Origin: a virus
Strand: one strand, 5' to 3'
Length of the DNA stretch: 64,000 nucleotides
Virus record (IMG/VR): IMGVR_UViG_3300021091_000016
The notes under the pieces were generated by a model. The model did no database searches, was not told where the DNA came from, and worked only from the letters and a program-made list of their open reading frames with translations. This document shows, piece by piece, positions 9,551 to 18,359 of this stretch; the first letter of the stretch is position 1; every line of letters starts with the position of its first letter. The translations under genes were made by a program, and so were the position numbers.

Positions 9551-9623
9551 TTAAATATTTCTGTCATTTTTGACACTTTTTTTCATGTCATTTTTGACAT
9601 TAATTTTTAACCAAAAAATAACA
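9538..9623. promoter_or_regulatory. array of TGTCA-N4-TGACA palindromes at 24-bp period (copy 1)
   Basis: Perfect boxes at 9562 and 9586; degenerate boxes at 9538 and 9610; inverted counterpart at 45166-45251. Confidence 0.7.
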
Positions 9624-9691
9624 CTTTTAAAGATAATAAGAACAAAAATCTAAAGAATTGTAAGAGTCTAACAAATTTTAGGAGAATTTAT

Positions 9692-10558
9692 ATGACTACA
9701 CGTAATCTTACCCTCGTTGTTGTCCCTGGTACTGGCGCACGTTCTATCTCTGTAGATACTACTATGACCGTTGCTGATCTAGTTTGTCGTGAGAATTTAC
9801 ACGGTAGAGATATCATTATTAACGGTGTTGGTGTCAATCCACAATCCTGGAATACCACAACACTTCAAGATGCAGTAGAAGTATTTGCAACTGGTAGTGT
9901 TAAAGGTAATGTTGATAGAACTGTAACTTTAGTAGTAGTTCCAGGTACAGGTGCTAGACAAACAACAATTCCTTCTCAAATGACCGTAGCAGATTTTGTT
10001 TGTAGAGAGAATCTCCATGGCCGTGATATTATTATTAACGGTGTAGGTTGCGCACCAACACAATGGAATACTACAACTTTAGATGAAGCTGTTGAGATTT
10101 TCGCAACAGGCTCTGTGAAAGGTAATGTTCCACAAACTGGAGTACTTGTTGTAGTTCCTGGAACTGGAGCAAGACAAGTAAGCTTTGATTCAGAATCTAC
10201 AATTGCTGATTTCGTATGTGCTAATAATCTACATGGTAGAGATATCATTTTAGATGGCGTTGGCGTTAGTCCTACACAATGGAATAGTACTCAATTAGGT
10301 CAAGCAAGAGAAATCTTTGCAACCGGCAGTGTGAAGGGTAATGCTACTCGTACTGCAACATTAGTTGTTGTGCCAGGTACTGGTGCAAGACAGGTACAAA
10401 TTGATACAGAAATGACTGTAGCTGATTTTGTATGTCGTGAGAACTTACATGGACGTGACATTATTCTTAATGGCGTAGGTGTAGCTCCACAGCAATGGAA
10501 TCAGACAACACTAAATGACACTGTAGAAATCTTTGCTACAGGTTCTGTTAAAGGTAAT
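9692..10558 (+). repeat. four in-frame ~216-bp tandem Ubl-coding repeats
   Basis: Units 9692-9910, 9911-10126, 10127-10342, 10343-10558; conserved motifs use different synonymous codons. Confidence 0.92.
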
Positions 10559-10843
10559 GGCGCTGAAGGGTTTATTGAAGTGACTTATGGAAATGATGCA
10601 AAAACTTGCTTTAAGAGCTTAGTAGATACAGCTATTTACAAGCATGGTCATAATCCTTATAGCGGTACTATTGCTACTGTATCAAGCTTTAAACTTGAAG
10701 AAACAGAGTTTCAAAATGAAGAAGCTGCATTGGCTTATGCAGATGATAAAATCGAGGACTTAGAGAAAAGAGAATGCAGAGCAGTAAGCTTTGTAGAAAA
10801 TAACAAAAGAGGCTTTGTCTTTTATGGTTGGGCTGCCTGTTAA
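9692..10843 (+). CDS. tetra-ubiquitin-like polyprotein (4 Ubl repeats) fused to a 94-aa C-terminal domain
   Basis: Four 72-73 aa repeats each ending FATGSVKGN, paralogous to 8718..8933, then GAEGF...YSGTIAT...FYGWAAC. Confidence 0.85.
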   Translation: MTTRNLTLVVVPGTGARSISVDTTMTVADLVCRENLHGRDIIINGVGVNPQSWNTTTLQDAVEVFATGSVKGNVDRTVTLVVVPGTGARQTTIPSQMTVADFVCRENLHGRDIIINGVGCAPTQWNTTTLDEAVEIFATGSVKGNVPQTGVLVVVPGTGARQVSFDSESTIADFVCANNLHGRDIILDGVGVSPTQWNSTQLGQAREIFATGSVKGNATRTATLVVVPGTGARQVQIDTEMTVADFVCRENLHGRDIILNGVGVAPQQWNQTTLNDTVEIFATGSVKGNGAEGFIEVTYGNDAKTCFKSLVDTAIYKHGHNPYSGTIATVSSFKLEETEFQNEEAALAYADDKIEDLEKRECRAVSFVENNKRGFVFYGWAAC

Positions 10844-11223
10844 TGCTTATTCAAATCGTTGGACTGCCAGGTGTAGGTAAAACAACGCTTATAAATAAAT
10901 TTAAAAATCAATCAACTGTAGATTTCAAAACACTAGACATTAGAAGCTTTCATGCTCCAAATAGAGAAGAAAAACTAATCAATAGCATCTGTAATAAACA
11001 AACAAAATATATTATTGAATCAGCTTGCGGCATTGATATTGAACCTTCTATAGTTATATTAATTAAACAGAAAAAGTTTAATCATAAAAAACAATTGCAA
11101 AGTAGAGGTGAAGTTTACAACGAGTATGATCTACAAGCAATTGATGATCAAATTATTCCAGCAAACTACACGGTATACAATTCAAAAGTATTTTGTGAAT
11201 TACTTAACTATTTACTAAGATAA
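10828..11223 (+). CDS. small P-loop NTPase/kinase
   Basis: IVGLPGVGKTT Walker A; likely start at ATG 10843. Confidence 0.7.
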   Translation: MGCLLMLIQIVGLPGVGKTTLINKFKNQSTVDFKTLDIRSFHAPNREEKLINSICNKQTKYIIESACGIDIEPSIVILIKQKKFNHKKQLQSRGEVYNEYDLQAIDDQIIPANYTVYNSKVFCELLNYLLR

Positions 11224-11233
11224 CGGAGTATTT

Positions 11234-12115
11234 ATGCTGGATTCTAAAGAGTACAAGCTAGACGATTATTCAATTGATGAGCTCTATTTCAAAAAACAAG
11301 TTCCCATTGAAGAGCTATTTGAATCAAATGTGCCTAATGGTGAATATGTTATTTTTCAATCCGAGGAGGATGAAAAGAAAACTGCCGTCATGTATTCATG
11401 TAAAGGTCAATTGAAGCTTATAAATAATAAAAAGATAAGCGCTAGTGGTTTCTATCCTAAAGATATTAACCAAAGTGTTTATATGAATTTATTAAAGGAT
11501 GAAGATTTCATAATCGTTTGTGCTTTAGGTCCAGCAGGTACAGGAAAGACCACAATAGCTATTGCTCAAGCTGTTGAAGATATGTCTAAATTAAAAAGAA
11601 ACATAATACTAACAAAATCTACTAACATGGTACAGGGCAAGGATAGTAATGCGTTTGGTCCAGTTCCTGGAGATGTAAAAGAAAAGTATGCACCATATAT
11701 AGATTCCTTTCAAATAGCTCTAACTAAAATTTTAGGTGGAGATGAAAGTAAATCCTATTTACAATTACTACTAGATAAAGAAAAGATAAAATTCTTACCA
11801 ATTGAATTTACTAGAGGATGTACCTTTGAAAATTGTACAATCATTCTAGATGAGGCACAAAATTTAACCTGGCATGAATTAAAAACCTTGATGAGTCGAG
11901 TAGGTGAAAATAGTAAATTAATTATATGCGGCGACCCACATCAGATTGATGCTAATTTACATTGGAGAGATACTGGTTTATGCACACTGTTAAATTCAGA
12001 TGCATTCAAAAATTCTTATATATCAGGTAGCATTCATTTGACAAAATGCTACAGAGGTCCTATACCAGAGTTAGTTTATCAGGTCGATAAACAGTTGACA
12101 GAAAGAATAATTTGA
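11234..12115 (+). CDS. phoH: PhoH-family ATPase
   Basis: GPAGTGKT, GPVPGDVKEK, FTRGCTF, LDEAQNLT, SRVGENSK, GDPHQID. Confidence 0.93.
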   Translation: MLDSKEYKLDDYSIDELYFKKQVPIEELFESNVPNGEYVIFQSEEDEKKTAVMYSCKGQLKLINNKKISASGFYPKDINQSVYMNLLKDEDFIIVCALGPAGTGKTTIAIAQAVEDMSKLKRNIILTKSTNMVQGKDSNAFGPVPGDVKEKYAPYIDSFQIALTKILGGDESKSYLQLLLDKEKIKFLPIEFTRGCTFENCTIILDEAQNLTWHELKTLMSRVGENSKLIICGDPHQIDANLHWRDTGLCTLLNSDAFKNSYISGSIHLTKCYRGPIPELVYQVDKQLTERII

Positions 12116-12537
12116 TGAGCTATCCTACATCATTTTCAGTATATAAGAAAAGTGCAGCAGCACAATTTAACCTAATTTTACCACGTCGTAATGAAAAAGG
12201 TCGTGTAGAAAAAGAAGGTGCAGTTCTAATTGAAGTAACTAAAGCTTCTGGAGAAAAGCAATATGATTGGTCTAAAAAGATTGTATTTGCTTTTGGAATG
12301 AATGACCTTTGTCAGTTCTTTGATAATCCAGAGAATCCTCCTAGGTTAATTCATAAGCTAGATGAAGTTACTAAAAGCTTAGAATTCAAGCAAGGTGAAA
12401 ATCAATACGCTGGTACTTATATGTTAAGTCTAGCAGATGGAACAAATAAAATCTCTGTACCTTTATCAGGTGGAGAATATGCAGTTGTTTCTAGATTATT
12501 TAGCTGCGCAATTCCAAAAATTATCGGATGGGAATAA
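12112..12537 (+). CDS. Whirly-fold ssDNA-binding protein
   Basis: SVYKKSAA...KEGAVLIE...GEKQYDWSKKIVF matches the Whirly pattern (SIYKGKAAL...G.RQYDWSKKQVF). Confidence 0.7.
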   Translation: MMSYPTSFSVYKKSAAAQFNLILPRRNEKGRVEKEGAVLIEVTKASGEKQYDWSKKIVFAFGMNDLCQFFDNPENPPRLIHKLDEVTKSLEFKQGENQYAGTYMLSLADGTNKISVPLSGGEYAVVSRLFSCAIPKIIGWE

Positions 12538-12830
12538 TGTTTGAAGTTAAAAGTAAAGACGGCTCCGTTATTAAAATTGAACCTCAAATGCTATTCACAC
12601 TTTTTCTAAAGGATGTAAATGAAAACAAACCAGAACTGTTAAATGAAGTAGAAAAATTAGAAAAGCATTTTTTCAACCTATTTGATGAGTCAGCTTTATT
12701 CAACTCTCCCTTAATCAAAATCATGAATCTATTTTTTATACTTGGATATCAATATTCAAAGTTTAAGGATAAAAATGAAGCAAAGCTCAATGATTCAGAT
12801 TCAACAGACACCGGCACAGAAGGCATTTAA
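12528..12830 (+). CDS. hypothetical protein
   Basis: ORF packed between neighbours. Confidence 0.55.
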   Translation: MGIMFEVKSKDGSVIKIEPQMLFTLFLKDVNENKPELLNEVEKLEKHFFNLFDESALFNSPLIKIMNLFFILGYQYSKFKDKNEAKLNDSDSTDTGTEGI

Positions 12831-12910
12831 TTTTTTCTGTGATGGATTATTAGATTTAACAGTAAGAACAATTATTATTTACAACCAAGCAAAACAAGAG
12901 GAAAAAAAGT

Positions 12911-13333
12911 ATGTTCAGTTACGAAGTGAAAGTTAGACAAGTAAATGCTGGTAAGATGAAGGGTGTTGCTAGCGTAGTCGTGGATGGTTTAATTGAAGTA
13001 GAAGGCTTCAAGATTTATGAAGGCTCTAAAGGGCTATTCGTATCTAACCCATCTCATAAAGGTAAGGGCAAGGACGAGCAAGGTAATGAAATCGAAAAAT
13101 ATTACGATGACGTCAGAGCAGTTGGTGACCAAGGCGAAGAGCTTTTAGAAGAGATTAAACAAGAGATGCTCAAACAATATGCAGGACTCACTAACTCACC
13201 TCAAGCTGCAAGACAACAATCTGTAAATACTAGAGGTAATGCAGCAGCTGCAGTTACTGCAAAACAAACTACTACTGTAAAAGCTCAAGAACCTACATCT
13301 ACACCTCCAAAACCAAAAAAGCCACTTTGGTAA
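12911..13333 (+). CDS. spoVG: SpoVG-family nucleic-acid-binding protein with disordered tail
   Basis: MKGVASVVVDG...KIYEGSKGLFVSNPS...YYD. Confidence 0.85.
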   Translation: MFSYEVKVRQVNAGKMKGVASVVVDGLIEVEGFKIYEGSKGLFVSNPSHKGKGKDEQGNEIEKYYDDVRAVGDQGEELLEEIKQEMLKQYAGLTNSPQAARQQSVNTRGNAAAAVTAKQTTTVKAQEPTSTPPKPKKPLW

Positions 13334-13337
13334 ATAA

Positions 13338-13898
13338 ATGATTGAAGAACAGCAAGAAGAAAAAGAACCAATCGTCTCTTTTTCTAACTCAGAAGTAATG
13401 GATTCAATTATTGAAGGTGCCGAGCTTTACACTCAAGCAACAGAATCATTTATTAAAGAGTTTATCTTTTATGATAAAACTCTTTACGAATGGGCTTCTG
13501 AAATGATGGTAGACATTCCATCTAGTAAAAACTTAGACCCGGATAAATATAGAGAAATTCTTCTGACCCTAGCTAGAAACATACAAATTGCATCAAATTA
13601 TTTATCTGTTGCAAGTAGTATGGTTGATGCTATTAGCGGAGGCAGTGATGTAAAACGGTCTTCATTGATAAATGAGATTGTAAATAATTATGCTAAAAAA
13701 GGCGCTAAAAGACCTGCAGCTACAGTAATTGAACAGATGGCAGATAGCTATCTAAACAATACTGTTTCTGCTAGCATTGCTGCTAAAATAGTAAAAAACT
13801 TTTGGAAACAAAGGTTGGATACATTATTAGATATTAGAAAAGTTTTTGAACAGATAGGGATGTCCTTACATGTGGAATTAAAAATAACTTCAACATAA
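13338..13898 (+). CDS. hypothetical helical protein
   Basis: 186-aa ORF in operon. Confidence 0.6.
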   Translation: MIEEQQEEKEPIVSFSNSEVMDSIIEGAELYTQATESFIKEFIFYDKTLYEWASEMMVDIPSSKNLDPDKYREILLTLARNIQIASNYLSVASSMVDAISGGSDVKRSSLINEIVNNYAKKGAKRPAATVIEQMADSYLNNTVSASIAAKIVKNFWKQRLDTLLDIRKVFEQIGMSLHVELKITST

Positions 13899-13908
13899 GG
13901 ATATTAAT

Positions 13909-14199
13909 ATGGCAGAAGGAGTTGCATTAGGATTAATTGTATGGATTGGCTATATGTTTTTATGGTCAAACCTACCTGGAACTGTTACGTTGTTTGAATC
14001 TAAAATAAATTGGAAAGCACTTCTATTACAAAAAAAATATTTTGTTTGGTTAGAGCTAATCTTACTAGTGCTTAACATTATTAATATTACTGGCATCACT
14101 CAATCTATTGCAGGTGCTTTTGCAAGCGGGATTTGCAGTATGATGATTAACATTAGTTATAGAATCTATACTGCAATGAGCCCTCAAAATACAAATTGA
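13909..14199 (+). CDS. membrane protein
   Basis: About three hydrophobic segments; AAGGA SD. Confidence 0.6.
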   Translation: MAEGVALGLIVWIGYMFLWSNLPGTVTLFESKINWKALLLQKKYFVWLELILLVLNIINITGITQSIAGAFASGICSMMINISYRIYTAMSPQNTN

Positions 14200-14224
14200 A
14201 AGAAAAAAAAGAAAAAGATAGAAT
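14196..14224 (+). promoter_or_regulatory. sigma70-like promoter upstream of nrdA
   Basis: TTGAAA-N17-TAGAAT. Confidence 0.4.
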
Positions 14225-14263
14225 TGCAAAACTCACTTTTGAGTTTAGACATCAAGGATTAAA

Positions 14264-15985
14264 ATGACTTATCAATATTCAGAACATGCAATTAGTTTAT
14301 TAAAAAATTTCTACATGTTAAATGACGAGACAAAACCAGAGGAAGCGTTAAAAAGAGCTGCATATGCATATTCTGCGGGAGACAATGAATTAGCAGAGCG
14401 TATATTTCAATACGCTCTTGATGGTTGGTTTATGTTTTCAAGTCCAATATTAAGTAATGCAAGACTGGATAATTCTAAAACAGGATTACCTATTAGCTGT
14501 TTTTTAACTTATGTACCTGATACTGTTGAAGGCTTAATCGAGCATTCAACTGAATTAAGATGGATGAGCGTAATGGGTGGCGGAGTAGGCGGACATTGGT
14601 CTGACGTTAGGTCTGTATCTAATAAAGCTCCTGGTCCAATTCCATTTATTAAAACTGTAGACAGTGACATGCAAGCCTGGAAGCAAGGAGTCACTAGAAA
14701 GGGTAGCTATGCTGCTTACATTGACGTTAGTCATCCTGATATTATTGAATTTATTAATATTAGGGTGCCTACTGGTGGTGATACGAATAGAAAGTGCTTT
14801 ACTATTAATAATGCTGTCTGTCTTACGGACAAATTCATGAATGCAGTTGCCGATGGCTTAGACTGGCAATTAATAGATCCTGCATCAAATGAAGTGAAGG
14901 AAACTATGCCAGCTAGAGAGCTTTGGCAAAGAATCCTTGAAGTTAGATTTAGAACTGGAGAACCATATTTCTTCTTTACAGACACTGCTAACAAGCATTT
15001 ACCACAATCACTCAAAGAAAAAGGTCTTAAAATTCATGGTTCAAATTTGTGTAATGAGATTTTTCTTTGCACAGATGAAAATAGATCTGCTGTATGCTGT
15101 TTATCATCGTTAAATCTTGAGTATTTTGACGAATGGAAAAATACAACAATTGTTGAGGACTGCATTACCTTCTTAGATAATGTACTACAATACTTTATCG
15201 AGAACGCACCAAAGCAATTACACAGAGCTATTTACTCTGCAATTCAAGAACGCTCACTAGGACTAGGAGCAATGGGTTTCCATTCGTTACTTCAAAGAAA
15301 TAATATAGCCTGGGAATCTCCTATGGCTAAAGGTTTAAATAGAAGAGTGTTTAAGCTAATTCAAGAGCGCGCAATTAAACAAACAGAATTGTTAGCTGCT
15401 GAACGTGGGGAATACTTAGATGGTATTGGATATGGTAGAAGGAATAGTCATCTACTTGCAATAGCACCTAATGCTAATAGTAGTATTATCTTAGATACAT
15501 CTCCTAGTATTGAACCTTGGAAATCAAATGCCTTTACACACCGTACTAGAGCAGGTAGCTTCTTACAAAAAAACAAATATCTAGATGGACTTCTTTTAAA
15601 GGTATTCGCAAATGACGAAACAAAATATAACGAAGCATGGCAATCAATTGTTTTGAATCAAGGCTCTGTACAACACTTAGATTGTTTAAACGAATACCAA
15701 AAGGGAGTATTTAAAACAGCGTTTGAAATTAATCAAGCTTGGTTAATTGAACATGCTGCGGATAGACAAGAATTTATCTGTCAAGGACAATCCTTAAATC
15801 TTTTCTTTCCAGCTGGAAGTGATAAAGCGTATGTTAATTACGTACATATTTTAGCTTGGAAAAAAGGATTAAAAGGATTATATTACCTTCGAACAAATTC
15901 TGGTGCTAAATTAGAAAAGATTTCTGAAAAAATCGAACGAAAAGCACTTAAGGATTATGACGAATGTGTTTCTTGCCAAGGATAA
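14264..15985 (+). CDS. nrdA: class I ribonucleotide reductase alpha subunit (no ATP cone)
   Basis: PISCF, GGGVG, GSNLCNEI, AVCCLSS, IAPNANSS, GLYYLR, C-terminal CVSCQG. Confidence 0.96.
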   Translation: MTYQYSEHAISLLKNFYMLNDETKPEEALKRAAYAYSAGDNELAERIFQYALDGWFMFSSPILSNARLDNSKTGLPISCFLTYVPDTVEGLIEHSTELRWMSVMGGGVGGHWSDVRSVSNKAPGPIPFIKTVDSDMQAWKQGVTRKGSYAAYIDVSHPDIIEFINIRVPTGGDTNRKCFTINNAVCLTDKFMNAVADGLDWQLIDPASNEVKETMPARELWQRILEVRFRTGEPYFFFTDTANKHLPQSLKEKGLKIHGSNLCNEIFLCTDENRSAVCCLSSLNLEYFDEWKNTTIVEDCITFLDNVLQYFIENAPKQLHRAIYSAIQERSLGLGAMGFHSLLQRNNIAWESPMAKGLNRRVFKLIQERAIKQTELLAAERGEYLDGIGYGRRNSHLLAIAPNANSSIILDTSPSIEPWKSNAFTHRTRAGSFLQKNKYLDGLLLKVFANDETKYNEAWQSIVLNQGSVQHLDCLNEYQKGVFKTAFEINQAWLIEHAADRQEFICQGQSLNLFFPAGSDKAYVNYVHILAWKKGLKGLYYLRTNSGAKLEKISEKIERKALKDYDECVSCQG

Positions 15986-16214
15986 TCAAATGAAAATAAT
16001 TTCTGACGTATATATTGTTTCTGCGCTACATTTATTTACTTTAAATAAAGATGAATATTTAAAGCTTGAAGATAAATTAGATGTAACAAAAGCTGATTTA
16101 AATAAACCTGTATTCATTAAAAGCTCAGGTAAAATTATTGAAGGCTGGGAAACATTAAAATACGTTTTAGATTCAAATTCTTTTATAAACCTCTATTACC
16201 AAGTAATAGAATAA
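15957..16214 (+). CDS. hypothetical protein (possibly degenerate glutaredoxin-like)
   Basis: Between nrdA and nrdB; PVFI...IEGWETL, no CxxC. Confidence 0.4.
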   Translation: MTNVFLAKDNQMKIISDVYIVSALHLFTLNKDEYLKLEDKLDVTKADLNKPVFIKSSGKIIEGWETLKYVLDSNSFINLYYQVIE

Positions 16215-16222
16215 AGGACAAA

Positions 16223-16663
16223 ATGAGTAACTCTTATTATACTAGTAATGAAAATAGAATCATAGACATGATGTTTGAAAGAGCTTTAAAAAAAGATCAT
16301 CCAAGATATCAAACTCAACAAGATTTTATTGAATTTGCTCAGGTTTACCCAGAAGTGAACCTGCATATGTCAGATTTGTATAATAATGGCGGTTGCGTTT
16401 CATTTCATTTTGCAAATGATGAATTCATTATTGTATGTGATGTAGACGCTATGGAAATTGAATCTAGTATTTTAGTAGATTATGAGGGTGCTTCGTTTAA
16501 TGTAATTGAAACTATTCCATTTAATTGGGAATCATTAAAGCTTAGATTAAATGATATGATTTCAATTGCACCTTGGACTGAAAGCTTTAAAAATTGCAAG
16601 AGTGTAGATGAAGCTAGACAAAAAGCAACAGACTATTTAAAAGACAAATGGAAAACAAAATGA
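16223..16663 (+). CDS. hypothetical protein
   Basis: 146-aa ORF with AAGGA SD. Confidence 0.6.
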   Translation: MSNSYYTSNENRIIDMMFERALKKDHPRYQTQQDFIEFAQVYPEVNLHMSDLYNNGGCVSFHFANDEFIIVCDVDAMEIESSILVDYEGASFNVIETIPFNWESLKLRLNDMISIAPWTESFKNCKSVDEARQKATDYLKDKWKTK

Positions 16664-17628
16664 GTTTATTAGAGCCTAATAAAGCATACAAACCTTTTTC
16701 ATATCCATGGGCTATGGAATTAGCAGAGGAACATGAAAAAATGCATTGGGGAACCTGGGAAGCTAAATTACAGGATGATGTTAATCAATGGAAAAACTCA
16801 GGATTGCTGCCTGAGGAAAAAGCTCATATTACACAAATTCTAAGAATTTTTACTCAAAGTGATTGTGTAGTTGCAAGTAATTATATTGACCAATTCTTAC
16901 CTGTATTTAAAAACAATGAAATTAGAAATATGCTTCTTTCATTTGCCAATAGAGAAGGTACTCATCAAAGAGCTTATGCTTTATTGAATGATACTCTTGG
17001 TTTAGCAGAACAAGAATATTCAGCGTTCCTGCAATATGATCAAATGCGCAATAAATTAGACTTTATGCAATCTCAAAACATTGAAAACATGAGAGGCGCT
17101 AATAGAAAAACAGCAGTATTATTAGCTCAATCAGTTTGTAATGAAGGCATGAGTTTATTCTCTGCATTTGTAATGCTTTTAAATTATCAACGTTTTGGTA
17201 AGATGAAAGGTATGTGTGAAATTGTTGAGTGGTCTATTCGTGATGAAACTAGTCACGTAAATGCAATGACTAAATTATTTTCTACCTTCTGTGAGGAACA
17301 TCCAGATGTTGTAAATAATGATTTAAAGGCGCATATTTATACTAATTATACTAAAGCAGTTGAACTCGAAGATGCTTTGATTGACTTAGTATACCAAGAC
17401 AAAGATTCAATCTGTGAGCTATCAAAAAAAGATATCAAAACCTATGTAAGATATTTAGCTGATAGACGCTTATTGCAATTAGGCTTAAAGCCACAATTTA
17501 AACAAAAAGACAACCCTTTACCATGGTTAGATTGGATTGTAAGTGGAGACTCCTTTAAGAATTTCTTTGAAGGAGTAGTCACTGATTACAATGCATCTGG
17601 TATGACTGGCGACTGGGGTTGGGAGTAA
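16648..17628 (+). CDS. nrdB: ribonucleotide reductase beta subunit
   Basis: FTQSD, REGTHQRAY, EGMSLFSAF, IRDETSH, NFFE. Confidence 0.95.
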   Translation: MENKMSLLEPNKAYKPFSYPWAMELAEEHEKMHWGTWEAKLQDDVNQWKNSGLLPEEKAHITQILRIFTQSDCVVASNYIDQFLPVFKNNEIRNMLLSFANREGTHQRAYALLNDTLGLAEQEYSAFLQYDQMRNKLDFMQSQNIENMRGANRKTAVLLAQSVCNEGMSLFSAFVMLLNYQRFGKMKGMCEIVEWSIRDETSHVNAMTKLFSTFCEEHPDVVNNDLKAHIYTNYTKAVELEDALIDLVYQDKDSICELSKKDIKTYVRYLADRRLLQLGLKPQFKQKDNPLPWLDWIVSGDSFKNFFEGVVTDYNASGMTGDWGWE

Positions 17629-17632
17629 AATT

Positions 17633-17989
17633 ATGTTAACTGAAGAACAAATACTTGAAAAAACATCAAGTATTCTCCAAACAGAGCTTTTATGTCGCGC
17701 ACCAAAAGAACTGATTGACGCTTTAGAAGGCACAAAGCTTTTTTCAGAGTTATATACAGTAGTAGATGAAACGGCAGATTTAGAAGAAGATTCACGAGAC
17801 AAAACCTTTAAAGAACCATTAGAATTTTATCTTGTTTCTAATTGGCTTGGAAACAAACTGCTAAACTTAAATCAACCGGTAATTAAACTATCTACTGCAA
17901 GCTTATGGGGTAGATGTACTACTGGACAATATATTATAGAAGACGGTTTGATTCAGAAAATCGTAGAAAGAGCAGAAAATGCAAATTAA
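17633..17989 (+). CDS. hypothetical phage protein
   Basis: EFYLVSNWL...WGRCTTGQ. Confidence 0.6.
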   Translation: MLTEEQILEKTSSILQTELLCRAPKELIDALEGTKLFSELYTVVDETADLEEDSRDKTFKEPLEFYLVSNWLGNKLLNLNQPVIKLSTASLWGRCTTGQYIIEDGLIQKIVERAENAN

Positions 17990-18305
17990 TGAATTAGTAC
18001 AAACAGCATATGAAAACGCAAAATCAAAGGGTTGGCATGATAAACCAAGAACAATCGGTGAGCTTATTTGTCTTATGCATAGCGAATTAAGTGAAGCATT
18101 TGAGGAACATCGTGCTGGACACGCTGTAGATGAAATCTATGAAAAAGATGGGAAGCCAGAAGGAATTCCAGTAGAGCTTGCAGATACAATCATTAGAATT
18201 GCAGATTTCTGTGGACTACATGGAATTAATCTTCAAGAAGCAATTGACATTAAACTAGAATATAATAAAACTCGTAGCTATAGACACGGAAACAAAACTG
18301 TGTAA
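17979..18305 (+). CDS. MazG-like NTP pyrophosphohydrolase
   Basis: LMHSELSEAFEE...ELADTIIRIAD...KLEYNKTR. Confidence 0.88.
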   Translation: MQINELVQTAYENAKSKGWHDKPRTIGELICLMHSELSEAFEEHRAGHAVDEIYEKDGKPEGIPVELADTIIRIADFCGLHGINLQEAIDIKLEYNKTRSYRHGNKTV

Positions 18306-18359
18306 TATTTGTTGACAGATTAATTAAAAGACATAAAACTCGTAGCTAATACCTGATTA

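Noticed and set aside
9538-9623. CRISPR or mini-array
   Set aside because: Units are 14-bp palindromes with 10-bp gaps; there are no spacer-length unique sequences and no cas operon
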